Shown here one piece after another: positions 39,508-51,676 of a stretch of 51,750 nucleotides of DNA. Below the pieces are notes generated by a model, which ran no database searches, had not been told where the DNA came from, and was given only the letters and a program-made list of their open reading frames with translations. Source of the DNA: Octopus bimaculoides (Eukaryota); NCBI RefSeq assembly GCF_001194135.2, contig NC_068984.1:88744450-88796199 (forward strand). The letters run 5' to 3'. The stretch's first letter is position 1, and each line of letters opens with the position of its first letter. The position numbers and the translations under genes were made by a program.

Positions 39508-39549
39508 GAGGCTAAGTTTGTCTTAGTATACAATTGCTATTGGCTGTTT

Positions 39550-39590
39550 GCTACTGATGACGCCCAAGGAAACAGAAATACGTATTTAGC
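39550..39590 (+). ncRNA. Degenerate minimal hammerhead motif of another family
   Basis: gcta|CTGATGA cgccc... GAAA T ACGT A T T|tagc: stem I gcta/tagc, palindromic ATACGTAT, stem II half deleted; related copy at ~16650-16860. Confidence 0.5.
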
Positions 39591-39752
39591 AATTATATTA
39601 CTGCTAGACACTTTTTGTCTGCAACTGATATATTTCTGTATTTCTTAACACTACACGTCTATTAGAGATGCTTTCTCGAAACAAATACCGCCGTTTCCAG
39701 GCTTTCGCAAATAACGAAATATATGTGTATATTTTGTTTGATTGTGTGTGTG

Positions 39753-39793
<41 letters not shown>

Positions 39794-39864
39794 TTGTGCG
39801 TGTGTGTGCGTGTGCGTGTGTACTAGCGCGAACACATTACCATCAGGATAACGTACATAGCATT

Positions 39865-40083
39865 TATATTCGTTTTAAATTTTGGGACAAGGCCAACAAT
39901 TTGGGGGGGGGCGGGTTAAGTCGATTACATTGACTCCAGTGTTCAACAGGTACTTATTTAATTGACCTGGAAAAGATGAAAGCCAAAGTCAACGCCGGCG
40001 GAATTTGAACTCGGAACGTAAGGTCGTGTGAAATGCCGCTAGCATTTTGCCCGGCGTACTAACGATTCTGACTGTTCTCCGCC
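39865..40083 (-). mobile_element. SINE family B
   Basis: Reverse complement of family B head, B box (gagttcaaattccgcc) and tail. Confidence 0.88.
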
Positions 40084-40219
40084 TATTTAGCACTGATATT
40101 GGTTTATTGTATACGGTAATGCTGTAGAATAGTGAGAAATAACTGAAAGTTTGGACTTACTTCTGATCAAGCAAACCTATGATAAAAAAACAAACTTTCA
40201 AGCCTTATAAACTGATCCT

Positions 40220-40756
40220 TATCATGAACTACATTATCCATTGTATTCTTTGTGTTTTAAGACTTCATTGTGTTTTAAGACTTTAAGAGAGATTTGGCTA
40301 CTCTTTCTGACAATTCAGACGACTGTTCAGAGGTCCGGTAGTTCCTTACCGCGTATAAATTCCCTCCTTTCGGTTTTTATCCAGATTTAATATGATGGAG
40401 CAAACACTGACGAGAATGTCTTCCAAACGTAACAGTTTTGTCTTTTGAAAGACTGATGTGTGCGTAATTTGCATTTTTTCGTCTCCATTTCAACCACCCG
40501 TCTATCTATCTCTATAGCCTGCACCTTAGTTTTATATGCATATATATAGTTATGTACTTATATAAGTGGCATATATGAAAGCACACACGCACACTTACAC
40601 GCATAAGTGAGACATTGGTTTCAAATTTTGGCAAAAGGCCAGCGATTTCGGTGAAAGAGGTAAGTCAATTACATCGACCCCAGTGCTTAACTGGTACGTA
40701 CTTTATCGACCTCGGAAGGATGACAGGTCAAGTTAACCTCAGCGGAATTTGAACTT
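40220..40756 (+). repeat. ~520-bp local direct duplication, copy 1 (copy 2 at 42556-43072)
   Basis: Colinear high-identity match spanning an old-repeat fragment, unique spacer and SINE 3' part. Confidence 0.95.
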
Positions 40757-40828
40757 TAAACGTTAAGACGTACGAGATGCCCCTAAGCATTTTACCGGCA
40801 TGCGAATGAATCCACCAGCTCGCCGCCT
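40615..40828 (-). mobile_element. SINE family B
   Basis: Head aggcggcgagctggtggattc on minus, B box, central domain, tail. Confidence 0.88.
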
Positions 40829-40931
40829 TAACATATTAATAGTGAAATACACACACACACACACACATATCGATGTATATATTTTTATATATATGCATTT
40901 AGCTTAGCTATTATAGATTCTTGGAAATATT

Positions 40932-41081
40932 TATTTCTTTATTACCCATGGGGGGGCTAAACAGAGAGGGGGCAAACAAGGACAGACAAAGGGATCAATT
41001 CGATTACATAGACCCAAGTGCGTAACTGGTACTTATTTAATCGACTCCGAAAGGATGAAAGGCAAAGTCCTCGGCGGAATA
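40932..41081 (-). mobile_element. 5'-truncated SINE B with alternative 3' tail and 17-bp TSD
   Basis: TSD agattcttggaaatatt at 40915-31 and 41082-98; tail ends ...gggtaataaagaaata. Confidence 0.92.
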
Positions 41082-41351
41082 AGATTCTTGGAAATATTGC
41101 CTTCTGTAGCTTAGCACCTCATCTTGGATTGATTCATATCTTATCCGATTGACCGGAAGAAGGCTGTGGAACAGCAGAAGCATGACAGCGTCGAATAAAA
41201 TCCATTGCGATTTTATAATTCTGTTCTGTCTTTAAATCGCTCCAAGGTCAACTTTATTTTTCATTTTCGAGGATTTTTAGTATTATAAAGTAACAGTAAA
41301 TTTCAGAGCAACAGATTTATGAATATAAGTCTTATGTGTAAATGGAATCAT

Positions 41352-41525
41352 GAAAGAAGAAGAAGAAGAAGAAGAAGAAGAAGAAGAAGAAGAAGAAGAA
41401 GAAGAAGAAGAAGAAGAAGAAGAAGAAGAAGAAGAAGAAGAAGAAGAAGAAGATGTGGAGGCGGATGAAGGGGAGGAGGGTGAGAAGGCATTGGTGATGG
41501 TGGTGGTGGTGGTGGTGCTGGTGGT
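41352..41525. repeat. (GAA)n/(GGT)n compound trinucleotide repeat
   Basis: Direct reading. Confidence 0.95.
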
Positions 41526-41984
41526 GGGGAGAACGACAATTATACTGCAAAAACATTGAGATCCTGTTGGGTGTGAAAATATAACGTCATCGAGTATGGC
41601 ATTATTATTTTATAATGATTGAGCTTGTATGGATAACGAGGTCAGGTTTGGAAGAGTGGGTGAAATCATAAATAACTAAATATGTTTCCATTCTACAAAA
41701 TGAAGTGGCAGTTCTGACACTAACAAAATAAAGGCTCAAAACCCAACTTGAAATTCAGCTACTTGTCTTTACAGTACTGTCCAACATCTTACAGCTTCGT
41801 GCTTACCTGACTCTACACCTGGTTTCAGAATTATAACGAAGAAGAAATGGAATAAAAAGTAATTTATGACGATACGAGTGAGTTTTTCCGGAGTCGTCTA
41901 CCTGCTAGAAATAGCAATCAAACTCTTATTCAGATGATATATCTTCTCTTAAATAATGAGATATTCGATAATTTAGTCCCGTAT

Positions 41985-42500
41985 GGGTGCAAGCACGGCT
42001 GTGCGGTTAAAACGCTTGCCTTCTTGCCACGTGGTTTCGGGTTCCATTCCAACGAGCGGTACTGTGGACAAGTGTCTTCTACTATTGCCCTGGTTGTTGT
42101 AAGTAAATTTGCTTGACGGAAATTATGTGAAAGTTCGTCAAATACATGTAGTTGTGCGGCTATCATATAAAGCTTCTCTTACAGACTGGGCTAACAGACC
42201 ACGTTGTAATCAACTATGTGGACTGCATGTTTATTTAACCACGTGACCGAAGTGTGTGTGTGCGTATGCTTGTGTATGGCGGTTTTTGTGTCTGTCCCCA
42301 CCACCGCTTGATAACTGGTGTTGGTTTGTTTATCTCCTCGCAACTTCGCGGTTTGGCCAAAGAGACTGATAGAATAAGTACTAGGCTTAAAAAATAAATA
42401 CTAGGGTCGATGTTTTCGTCTAATCCCTTTAAGACGGTGACCTTGTATGGTCGCAGTCCAGTGACTGGAACAAGTAAAATATAAAAGCATAAAAGATACT
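41985..42500 (+). mobile_element. SINE family A, diverged
   Basis: gcaagcacggctgtgcggttaa, ggacaagtgtcttctactat, gatagaataagtactaggc, (aaagat) tail. Confidence 0.75.
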
Positions 42501-43378
42501 TTTAAAGGCGGCGGTTAGGCACAATCGTTTGTGCATCGGATAAAATGTCGTACGGTATCATGAACTACATTATCCATTGTGTTCTTTGTTTTAAGACTTT
42601 CAGAGAGATTTGGCTACTCTTTCTGACAATTCAGACGACTGTTCAGAGGCCCGGTAGTTGCTTACCGCGTACAAATTCCCTCCTTTCAGTTTCTACCCAG
42701 ATTTAATGTGATGGAGCAAACACTGACTAGAATGTCTTCCAAGCGTAATAGTTTTGTCTTTTGAAAGACTGATGTGTGCGTAATTTGTACCTTTTCTTCT
42801 CCATTTCAACCACCCGTCTATCTATCTCTATAGCCTGCACCTTAGTTTTATATGCATATATATAGTTATGTACTTATATAAGTGGCATATATGAAAGCAC
42901 ACACGCACACTCACACACAAAAGCGAGACATTGGTTTCAAATTTTGGCAAAAGACCAGCGATTTCGGTGAAAGAGGTAAGTCAATTACATCGACCCCAGT
43001 GCTTAACTGGTACGTACTTTATCGACCTCGGAAGGATGACAGGGAAAGTCAGCCTCAGCGGAATTTGAACTTCAAATTCGATTTGGCTCCCTCTGTTAAA
43101 TTTTGTCTTTCATCATTTTGAAATTTATAAAATAAAGTGCCAGTCTAGTACTCGGATTAATTATGTTTTTCTTTCTCCCTGGATTTTTCATGTAATTAAA
43201 ATGTCCAGCCTTGTTACATAATGTGACACTGATTTGACCACAGAATTATTTGAAGAGGACATATGCCAGTGGAATTCTTAATCACTTACAGCGTACTTTC
43301 ACGAGTATAAATTCAGTTGGTTGAACTATTAGATGCTCTTGTCGAAACGGACACAAAATCCACCACCAACGTTTAGAT

Positions 43379-43699
43379 CAGTTGTTCTCAGTCGGGGTTC
43401 ATAAGACCCTTAAAGATCCATACAAGTTTTTTTGGGGATTCATGCAAGTAAAATAGTAAATAGTAGTATATTAAGGGTCCATGAAAAAATTTTGCTTTAG
43501 ATATATTTATTTCTAGAAACAGCTAATCTTTTTTTCTCTTACGTTTTACATAGTTTAATCTAAACAAGTTAATGAATGAAAAACAAAATAGGAATTTTGA
43601 AAGAAGTTTCTATAAAACTAGTTTTTAAACATCAAATAGCTATGGGGGTCCACCGGGTCAACAAAGAGGTCATAGACAAAAATTAGTTGAGAGCAACTG
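43379..43699. mobile_element. hAT-like MITE (older)
   Basis: TIR cagttgttctca / tgagagcaactg (11/12), degenerate 8-bp TSD gtttagat / gttaaggt. Confidence 0.7.
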
Positions 43700-43784
43700 G
43701 TTAAGGTAGATACGACTGACATGCCTTTGATCACTTGTCTGTTTGACTTGGAACTAAACAACAACAAATATGCCATTTATAACT

Positions 43785-44280
43785 TAAATGGGGTCTTTTC
43801 CTTTTGGCCGGCACATAGAAAAAATAATTTTTTGTAACTAAACACTTTCAAATTTCGTATACTGGTAGAATGTGTCATTTAAAACATCATTTACTCTTGG
43901 TGTTTTAAAGAAAATTCTCTATTTTCAAAGTTATTTCGTGTTAAAGTTGTATTTCGGTAATTTCAACCAATCAATGACGTCTATTGAGGTGAAAACAATT
44001 ACAGCTGTGGTTTGTCAACAAGACGTTCCGGCGGTTTATATTTAGTTTGTCACTGTTATTTCTGATATATTTACATTTGAGATACACGTGTGTATAGTTT
44101 AATCAATTCAGTTATTAGTTATTTAAAAAAAAAATTTTCAGTTTATTTTGTTTGTGTTAGGATGCCGGCCAAAAAGAAAAGATCCCATAAATGAAGTAAA
44201 AAGGTCCAAATCGGTGATCGAAACCTATTCAGAGGCTTCTTTTGAATGAAAGAAGACACCCCCCCCCCCATACTTTGCGC
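43785..44280 (+). mobile_element. Possible DNA-transposon 5' end with promoter and start of ORF
   Basis: ccaatcaatgacgt (CCAAT + CRE-like), acceptor ttttgtttgtgttag|gATG, short MPAKKKRS start, then decay. Confidence 0.3.
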
Positions 44281-45754
44281 TCTTCTATATGGTGGCATTG
44301 AACGCGGCTGGCTGCCAAGTTTTACTTAAACAATATAAACAGAAATCCTACGAGAGTTCACCTAACTTTACATTATCAGTCACAGTAATGTTTGCAATCC
44401 AGCTGTCATTCATACTCTCTCTTCCTCTCTCTCCCCCGTGTCTCTCTCTCTCACTCACTCACTCACTCAGTCCTGCCTCTCTCTCTCTCTCTCTCTCTTA
44501 CTGTGCTGGTTAGACACCCTGCTGTTGTTTTATTAGTTATCTCCAAGTCTTTAGCCAGACTGGTTATATTTTATGTAAGATGATATTTTTATACTTATCA
44601 AAACGACGTCACCAGAATATCACAGCCGTAAAACATGAAAATTCCAAAGTTCTGGTATACTTCTGTCAACGAGAAAAGATAAAACTCTATCGGTGTCCAG
44701 CTTTGATCTGAGAACCTTACTTAAAGAGTTACCAGCAATGAAACATCATATAATAAAGGATAGCGCTTAACTGAAAAATAAAATTTAATCCAGTTATTAA
44801 TCTGTTAAGAATCTAGACGTTGAACCGGAATCGAACTTCTATACACGCTGTTTGTCCTTAAATTTTTATTTATTTGTTTCTTTATTTATTTATTTGCCGA
44901 GGCAATTTCGTTGACATATCTTAAAAGCCGACGGAATTTATGTTCCTTTGAAATTTTACTACAGTAAAATGCTGTTTCCCACTTAATCGACGACAGATCT
45001 CATATTTTTCGTTCATCTTCTCACTCGACACATATGAAAGACGATCCTATTCCTACATTATTCGAGGATTCATGACAATTCTATGACAACGAGAAATCAA
45101 ATTTAGCAGTTAACGAAATAAGAAACAAAATAAACAGGTAAAATAAAAAAAAATAAAACGAATGAAAAATACATTTTTTTTAAAATAAAAGACAAAGAAA
45201 TGAAATATTCCCACCACCCAAGTGAAGCTGGTAACGCAGAGGGGGAAAAAGAGCATCTATTTTTACTGTAATTACACATCATCATCATCATCATCAACAG
45301 CAGTAACGACAGCGACACCGAACACATGTTTCCACAAGTACCACAATTACAACGACGACAGCAACAATAACAAATAAAAACATCTCAATCGTCATCGCTG
45401 CAACGAAAATAATACGAACGACGACACTTTTTCTACATCGATAGAAGAACAGAAGTTGTACAAATGATTTCAATGGAAAGAGTTGGGAATTAGAGACCCG
45501 GTGTAAGGTTTATAGAGGTAGCGAGGGAGAGTGGTGGAGAAGTTCAGTGGAGAGAAAAAGGAAAGGAAAATAAATAAATAGACAAACAAACAAATATGAA
45601 AACAAAATCAACAACTTCAATGTGTTGGAATTAAAGACATAATCCGTGCTAACGGAGTAGCAAGTCCCAGAAGTAAAAATAAACACGAGATGGGCAGTTA
45701 CACCCGACATTGAAGACGTCAAAACAAACAGCACCGACTAAACAGCTTAGAATG

Positions 45755-46270
<516 letters not shown>

Positions 46271-46278
46271 ACGATTAC

Positions 46279-46495
46279 TCTCGCCCTCAGCTTCCACCAT
46301 AGTCTCAAGATGGCTCCGGAACCTGGTGCATGCGTTTTTCACTGTGTCCCTGGGAAGATCGTCGAACATTTCCTTCCCCTTGGCCACCAGCTCGGCCTTT
46401 GTTTTGCAAGCAGAGTAGCTAGTCTTTGTCAATCGCACCCCACACATCCATGTAATCCATGAGGCTACAATCGAGGGAATTAGGAGACCAGAAAT
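46279..46495 (-). pseudogene. Tc1/mariner transposase C-terminal relic
   Basis: PNSLDCSLMDY.VWG (shifted frame) and KAELVAKGKEMFDDLPRDTVKNACTRFRSHLETMVEAEG. Confidence 0.8.
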
Positions 46496-46559
46496 AGGGG
46501 CGGGAGAAGTAAAAATTATCTGACAACCATTTCTCTTTCTGACTCTATTTGTAGGTATG

Positions 46560-47430
46560 GCAAGGACCGAATGCTGCTGCCACACCTCTCCAGCCTTTAC
46601 AGCAACGTATTCCCTTACAGTCTTGTCATATGAAAGCTTCCTTGAAATATCATTTTCTAGAGACAATATGTATAAGAAATTTAAGCGCTCTTCAGTCATG
46701 GTAGACTGAAATTTATTCTTCATAAAAGAAAGCTTTGAGGAACTCCTTTCTGCTTCACAGCTCGTGGTAGGCATTGTCAAGTACAGCTTAAGTGCAGTGG
46801 TAATATTAGGGAACACTCAAATTCCGCCGAGGTTGACTTTGCCTTTCATCCTTTCGGGGTCGATAAATTAAATACTAGTTGCGTACTGGGGTCGATCTAA
46901 TCGACTGGTCCCCTCCCCAAAAATTTCGGACCTTGTGCCTAGAGTAGAAAAGAATATTAGGGAACACGTCAATTAATTGTTGCTCATAAATATGCTGAAG
47001 ATCTGTGCATTGCATTTTTGGTGGTGTGTTTTCTTCTGTGTTCCGCGATTTCTTAAGGTGTAAATACTCTTTGAACTGATAACACTCATTTATTAATTTG
47101 TGGTCAATATCGTCTTTGTAATGCGATATAAGTTTGATACTGTCCTCATCAAATTCATCAGTTCTGAGAGAAACTTGAACCTTTTCACAATCTGTTCATA
47201 TGGTTCCATCCTCTTGCTGAACTGAATTATCAAGCAGTCATAGACTTGATTTAGAACTTCTATCCTAAATTTTTCAACCCTTTTCAAAGAAGTCCTATCA
47301 CTTGTTCCATCTGCAAGTTTCTTCGTAACAATGCGTTTGGAAACATCAGAATAATTTGAGGTGATGTATTCACATAAACCTTCTGCTACTGATTCATATT
47401 GTGCAATCCTGTCGTAGTTTAACAAATGTA
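46560..47430 (-). pseudogene. hAT transposase C-terminal half (ZMYM1-like), interrupted by a SINE
   Basis: EKFRIEVLNQVYDCLIIQF...; after removing the SINE and one TSD copy the frame reads LINECYQFKEYL...IYEQQLIDVFPNITTALKLYLTMPTTSCEAERSSSKL (hAT dimerisation domain). Confidence 0.9.
46817..46952 (+). mobile_element. 5'-truncated SINE B with 15-bp TSD
   Basis: TSD aatattagggaacac at 46802-16 and 46953-67. Confidence 0.95.
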
Positions 47431-47564
47431 AGCAAAGATGCTAGCAGAAGGTAACCTTCAAATACATAAAAACCAGGGGGTTTGGAGTTTCTTACTTGTT
47501 TTGTTATTTCTAGCATGTAGCGAGACCTTCTAGGCTTAACTTCATGCGCTGGTTGAAAATCATA

Positions 47565-50220
47565 TTTCACTTGCTGTGAAAATCATATCCATTGTCCCTC
47601 TATCAGATCGGAAGCCACATTGAGATTCAGATCGGACATCATCTATGAGACACCCATTCAGGTGAGAAAGAAGAATATTTGCCAGAACCTTGCCAGCAGT
47701 TGATAGTAGAGCAACACCTCTGTAGTTACCACACATTGATCTAGCTCCTTTTCCTTTATAGAGAGGAAGAATAATTGCATTCTTCCAGTCCTTAGGCATT
47801 GCACCATCCCTCCAGACTGCACTAATAAGTTCATGAAGGGACTGTATGATGTAATCACCACCAAATCACAAGATCTCAGCACAAATTCCATCCTTTCCAG
47901 GTGCGCTACCAAGATCCAATTTACTTATTGATGTCATTACTTCATATACTGAGGGCATGGAATTTAAGGAGCCAATGATAGGTCTTTGTTGCATAGTTTC
48001 ATCCACTGGGGGATTTCAATGCCAGGGTTAGAACAGACTGTCAAACATGGAAACATGGAAATCTTTAGGACGTTTTGGAGTAGGGAAAATGAATAGCAAT
48101 GGCTTCATTCTGCTGGAGCTTTGCGATGAACATGGGCTTTACATAGCAAGCACTCATTTTATGCACAAAAGTGATTACACAACAAAGTGGTTGCATCCAA
48201 GGTCTAAAGTTTGGCACTTGCTGGATTATGTCATCATCCGCAAGCGTGACATCTATGACTTTTGTAATGTCAAGTTTTTTCATGGATTGGAATGTTGGAC
48301 AAACCACAGTCTGGTGCGAGTAAAGTTCCGGATGATGATTAGACTGAAAGAGAGAAGAAAGCCAGTTGGCAATCCTCGGCGTCTGAATGTCCACAAGATA
48401 TTTGATGCTGTGTTGAGGAAAGAGCTTCAGACTCACTTGTCCAGCATTGAAAATACTACAGTATGGGAAGATTTTCGAGGCTAGGTTCTTCAATAAGCTG
48501 CTGAAACACTGGGATATGCTACTGCCAGACACAGAGACTGGTTTGATGAAAATGATGTTGAAGTTCAGTGACTATTGGCTGTAAAGCGCCATGCCCACAA
48601 TATATTGCTAGGCAGAGAACTTTCTGCTGTGCAGCGATATCTAGCACTTACCCACTATAGCAGCCTAAAATCATTACTGCAGCGATCTCTCAGGAAGATG
48701 AAGAACACTTGGTGGGAGGATCTTGCTTGTGATGTTCAGGATGCTGCTGATGCAAATGACACAAGAAGCTTTATTATCTTATGAAGCAAGTTTATGGGCC
48801 TAAGAGCTCCACATCAGCTCCTTTGCTTTCCAAGGAGTCTTCACCTCTGTTTACTAAATCAACAGAAATCACAGGTCGCTGGATTGAACACTTCTCTGAA
48901 CTCCTAAACCATGAGTCAGTTGTGGATGAAACAGTAGAATGACTTTATCAGAACTGGAGATTTTCCTAAGTATGGCTCTCAGCTGGGTATAAAAATAGTT
49001 TTATCTTCATCACAGCTAGTTAAAGTAGGTGCATAGGCACTTATTACAGTAGCAAACCGCCCACCTTTCAGGTGCAATCGTAGAGTCATTAGACGTTCAT
49101 TTATAGGAACAGGAAGCTCCTCCAACTTCTTAAGGATACCAGATCGAACTGCAAAGCCAACACCAGCCTCTCTGCGCTCCCCCTTCTGCCTCCCCTTCCA
49201 AAAAAAGGTGTATCCACCTTCTACTTCCTCAAGCTGACGGTCACCTATACGAGTCTCTGAAAGTGCAGCTATATCAATGTTATAATGGTTCAGCTCGCGA
49301 GCAACAAGTGCAATGCATCTTTCAAGCCTACTGTCACTCTTGTTATCCAACAGAGGGCGCACATTCCAACATGAAATGTTCGAGTTCCATCCAGATTTTG
49401 TAAATAAAAGTCTCTTTGTTTTTCGAGCGCAAGGTATACAACCTTTTCTATAACCTCCCCGGCCTCCGGGTGAGCAGTGCCCTCTCCAAATGGAGCTGCT
49501 CAGTCGCCCATGCAGCAACCGAATCTTACCACTGTCTTGGACGACAAGGAGACGACTTTATATCTAGCATGGGTTGCCTACATGCAAGTCGCTGACCACA
49601 TGCTTCCAACTCATCAGGTCTGCATGCTTCACCACCTTCCCATCGCTGCAGGACTTTCGAATAAAAAATAAAATAAAAATATACTAAAAATATATAAAGA
49701 TACATATATACTAAAAATAAAATAAATATATATAGGGTGGGGGAAGCACATATCGAGCAGAGGTCAGCAATGCCTGTAGACACCTCATAGACCCTCTCCA
49801 CTTTATTGACATTATCCAGAGACAAGTCGGAGCAAGATGTCTGGTGCCAATATGAGTCGCAGGCTCAGGGATGTGGGAGCGCCATGATCTCTAGCACAAA
49901 CCAAAGACCCCCAAAATGTCCAATGCCATTTCCTGCATATCTGGTTTTATATCAGAGTAACCTTCTCCTAGAGACATGCTTCAACAGAAGCTGAGGGGTG
50001 CTTCACTCCCAGTGGTCTTTCAGCCCACCGGACACCATCCCGGAATTTCTGCGTACCCGTGCTGTTGCTAGATAGCCGTTGAACCTGCACTAGGTTCATC
50101 CGACCTTTCAACAGGTCTTGTTTTTAATCCTGCTGGGTTTCTAGCAAGCCTCCTCACCAGGATAGCCTGGTGGGAGTGTCAGTTTAGTCGCCGGCAACCC
50201 GACCATGTGACAGGTTGTAC
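47565..50220 (-). mobile_element. RTE-clade LINE (5' UTR, APE endonuclease, RT N-terminus) with internal inversion 48005-48932
   Basis: Minus: WNVRPL, IAALSETR, GVGF, VISAYAPT, then RT WKNAIILPLYKGKG, NYRGVALL, QCGFR; plus strand carries the intervening GDFNARV..HPRSKVWHLLDYV..EHFSELLN segment. Confidence 0.93.
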
Positions 50221-50234
50221 TGGATTCCATGTTA

Positions 50235-50663
50235 CCAGTTACATACATACATACATACATTCATACATACATACATACATACATACATACATACATACAA
50301 ACACATCTACATACATTTTTTTTAAAAATTTTCTTTGTCGCTTCTCTGGCACCATACTGCTCTTGGAGACGGAACTCTTTTTGTTTATTTCTTTTTATCG
50401 CTATATAATATATTCATACGCACAAACATAAACGTACATACATACATGCTTTTTTTTGTTTTTACTTTTCTTTGTCGTTTCACTGGCACCATCCTTTTTT
50501 AGGGGACTGGTGTAGAAACAAAACTTTTTTTTTCAGTCTATTTCGTTTTATCGGCCCTGTGTGCATGGCAAAATACAAAAAGAAAAATATTGACAGAATA
50601 AAAAAATTAAGTTGATCAGAAGGGCCCTTAAGCTTCATTAGGTTTATAGTAGATCCGCCAATG
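50235..50663 (-). mobile_element. hAT-like DNA transposon terminal segment (copy 2)
   Basis: Homologous to 300-752; ends gatccgccaatg. Confidence 0.55.
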
Positions 50664-50714
50664 CATACATATACATGTATTTGTGTATGTGTACATAGAA
50701 ACATTGCACTTACA

Positions 50715-51640
50715 GAAAAAAACGTCTCTGTACAGCTCTTCGCGGACATAAATGATGCGGAGTTGACAAAAGAGAACGAAGCCATTGTGGAGTTGTGACG
50801 TACATTCGGGAAGATCTCGCACCAAAAACCCTGTTGTCACATTCCAACCTGGTCTGTGAGACATTTATAGGGCATTTACATCAACTTAATGTGGTAATAC
50901 GCACATTATGTCGTCCACCAAATGCTTCAAACATGATGATAAATGTGAAAATAGCCGCAGAGACATAGAAGAGGTTTTGCTCAGTCTGGACGAACACATC
51001 AATATACTCCTCCTTGGCGGCTTCCACCTCTCAAATGTTATATAGCCTGAAGAACACATCCTCTCTGGAGTGTCACTGCATAAACAAAGGCAAACAGAAT
51101 TATTGCTAGAACTTTCTAATACACTGTTCAAGAAACAAGCGGTACTCCTGCCAGTCGGTTGTGACATCTTGGATCTCTGCTTCACAAACAATATGAACGT
51201 TATCCATAACACGAAGATAACTCCAACAGCTTTCTCGTACCACTACATTGTAGAACTAACAATGTTTGCTCCAAGGTGAATTGCTGGTATCTATTCTATA
51301 AGAAATACTGAAGCCATTTACAACTTGAATTTCCATAAAGCAAACTGGAAATCAATCTGCAAAGAGATCTATAAACAAAATTGGTCCGACAATTTGCGTA
51401 TGCGAGACAACTTCAAACTTAATCGGTGCAAGATGTATGCACTAAATATGTTCCAGAAATAAAGACCAGCATACCCCAAAATGAAATCTCCAGTAACAGG
51501 TCTTTTTATGGGACGCAGAGCAAGGATCTTAAATCGGTTGAGTAGAAGGCTGAATAATGGTGATTGGCCTAATTTAAGAAGCCTGTGAAAAGGATACAAA
51601 GTAACGATGATACTCCAACATGACCGGAACCGCATGACTG
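50715..51640 (+). mobile_element. CR1-like LINE endonuclease region, decayed
   Basis: LFAD..., GVVTYIREDL, LCRPP, ILLLGGFHL (GDFN), ILDLCFTNN, SYHYIVEL (SDH) relics. Confidence 0.75.
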
Positions 51641-51675
51641 AAACACATAAAAGAAAAAAAGTAAAAGAATGAATA

Positions 51676-51676
<1 letters not shown>

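Noticed and set aside
45000-45080. THAP-like KDDPIPTLF motif
   Set aside because: The upstream C2CH residues are missing; too short to support.
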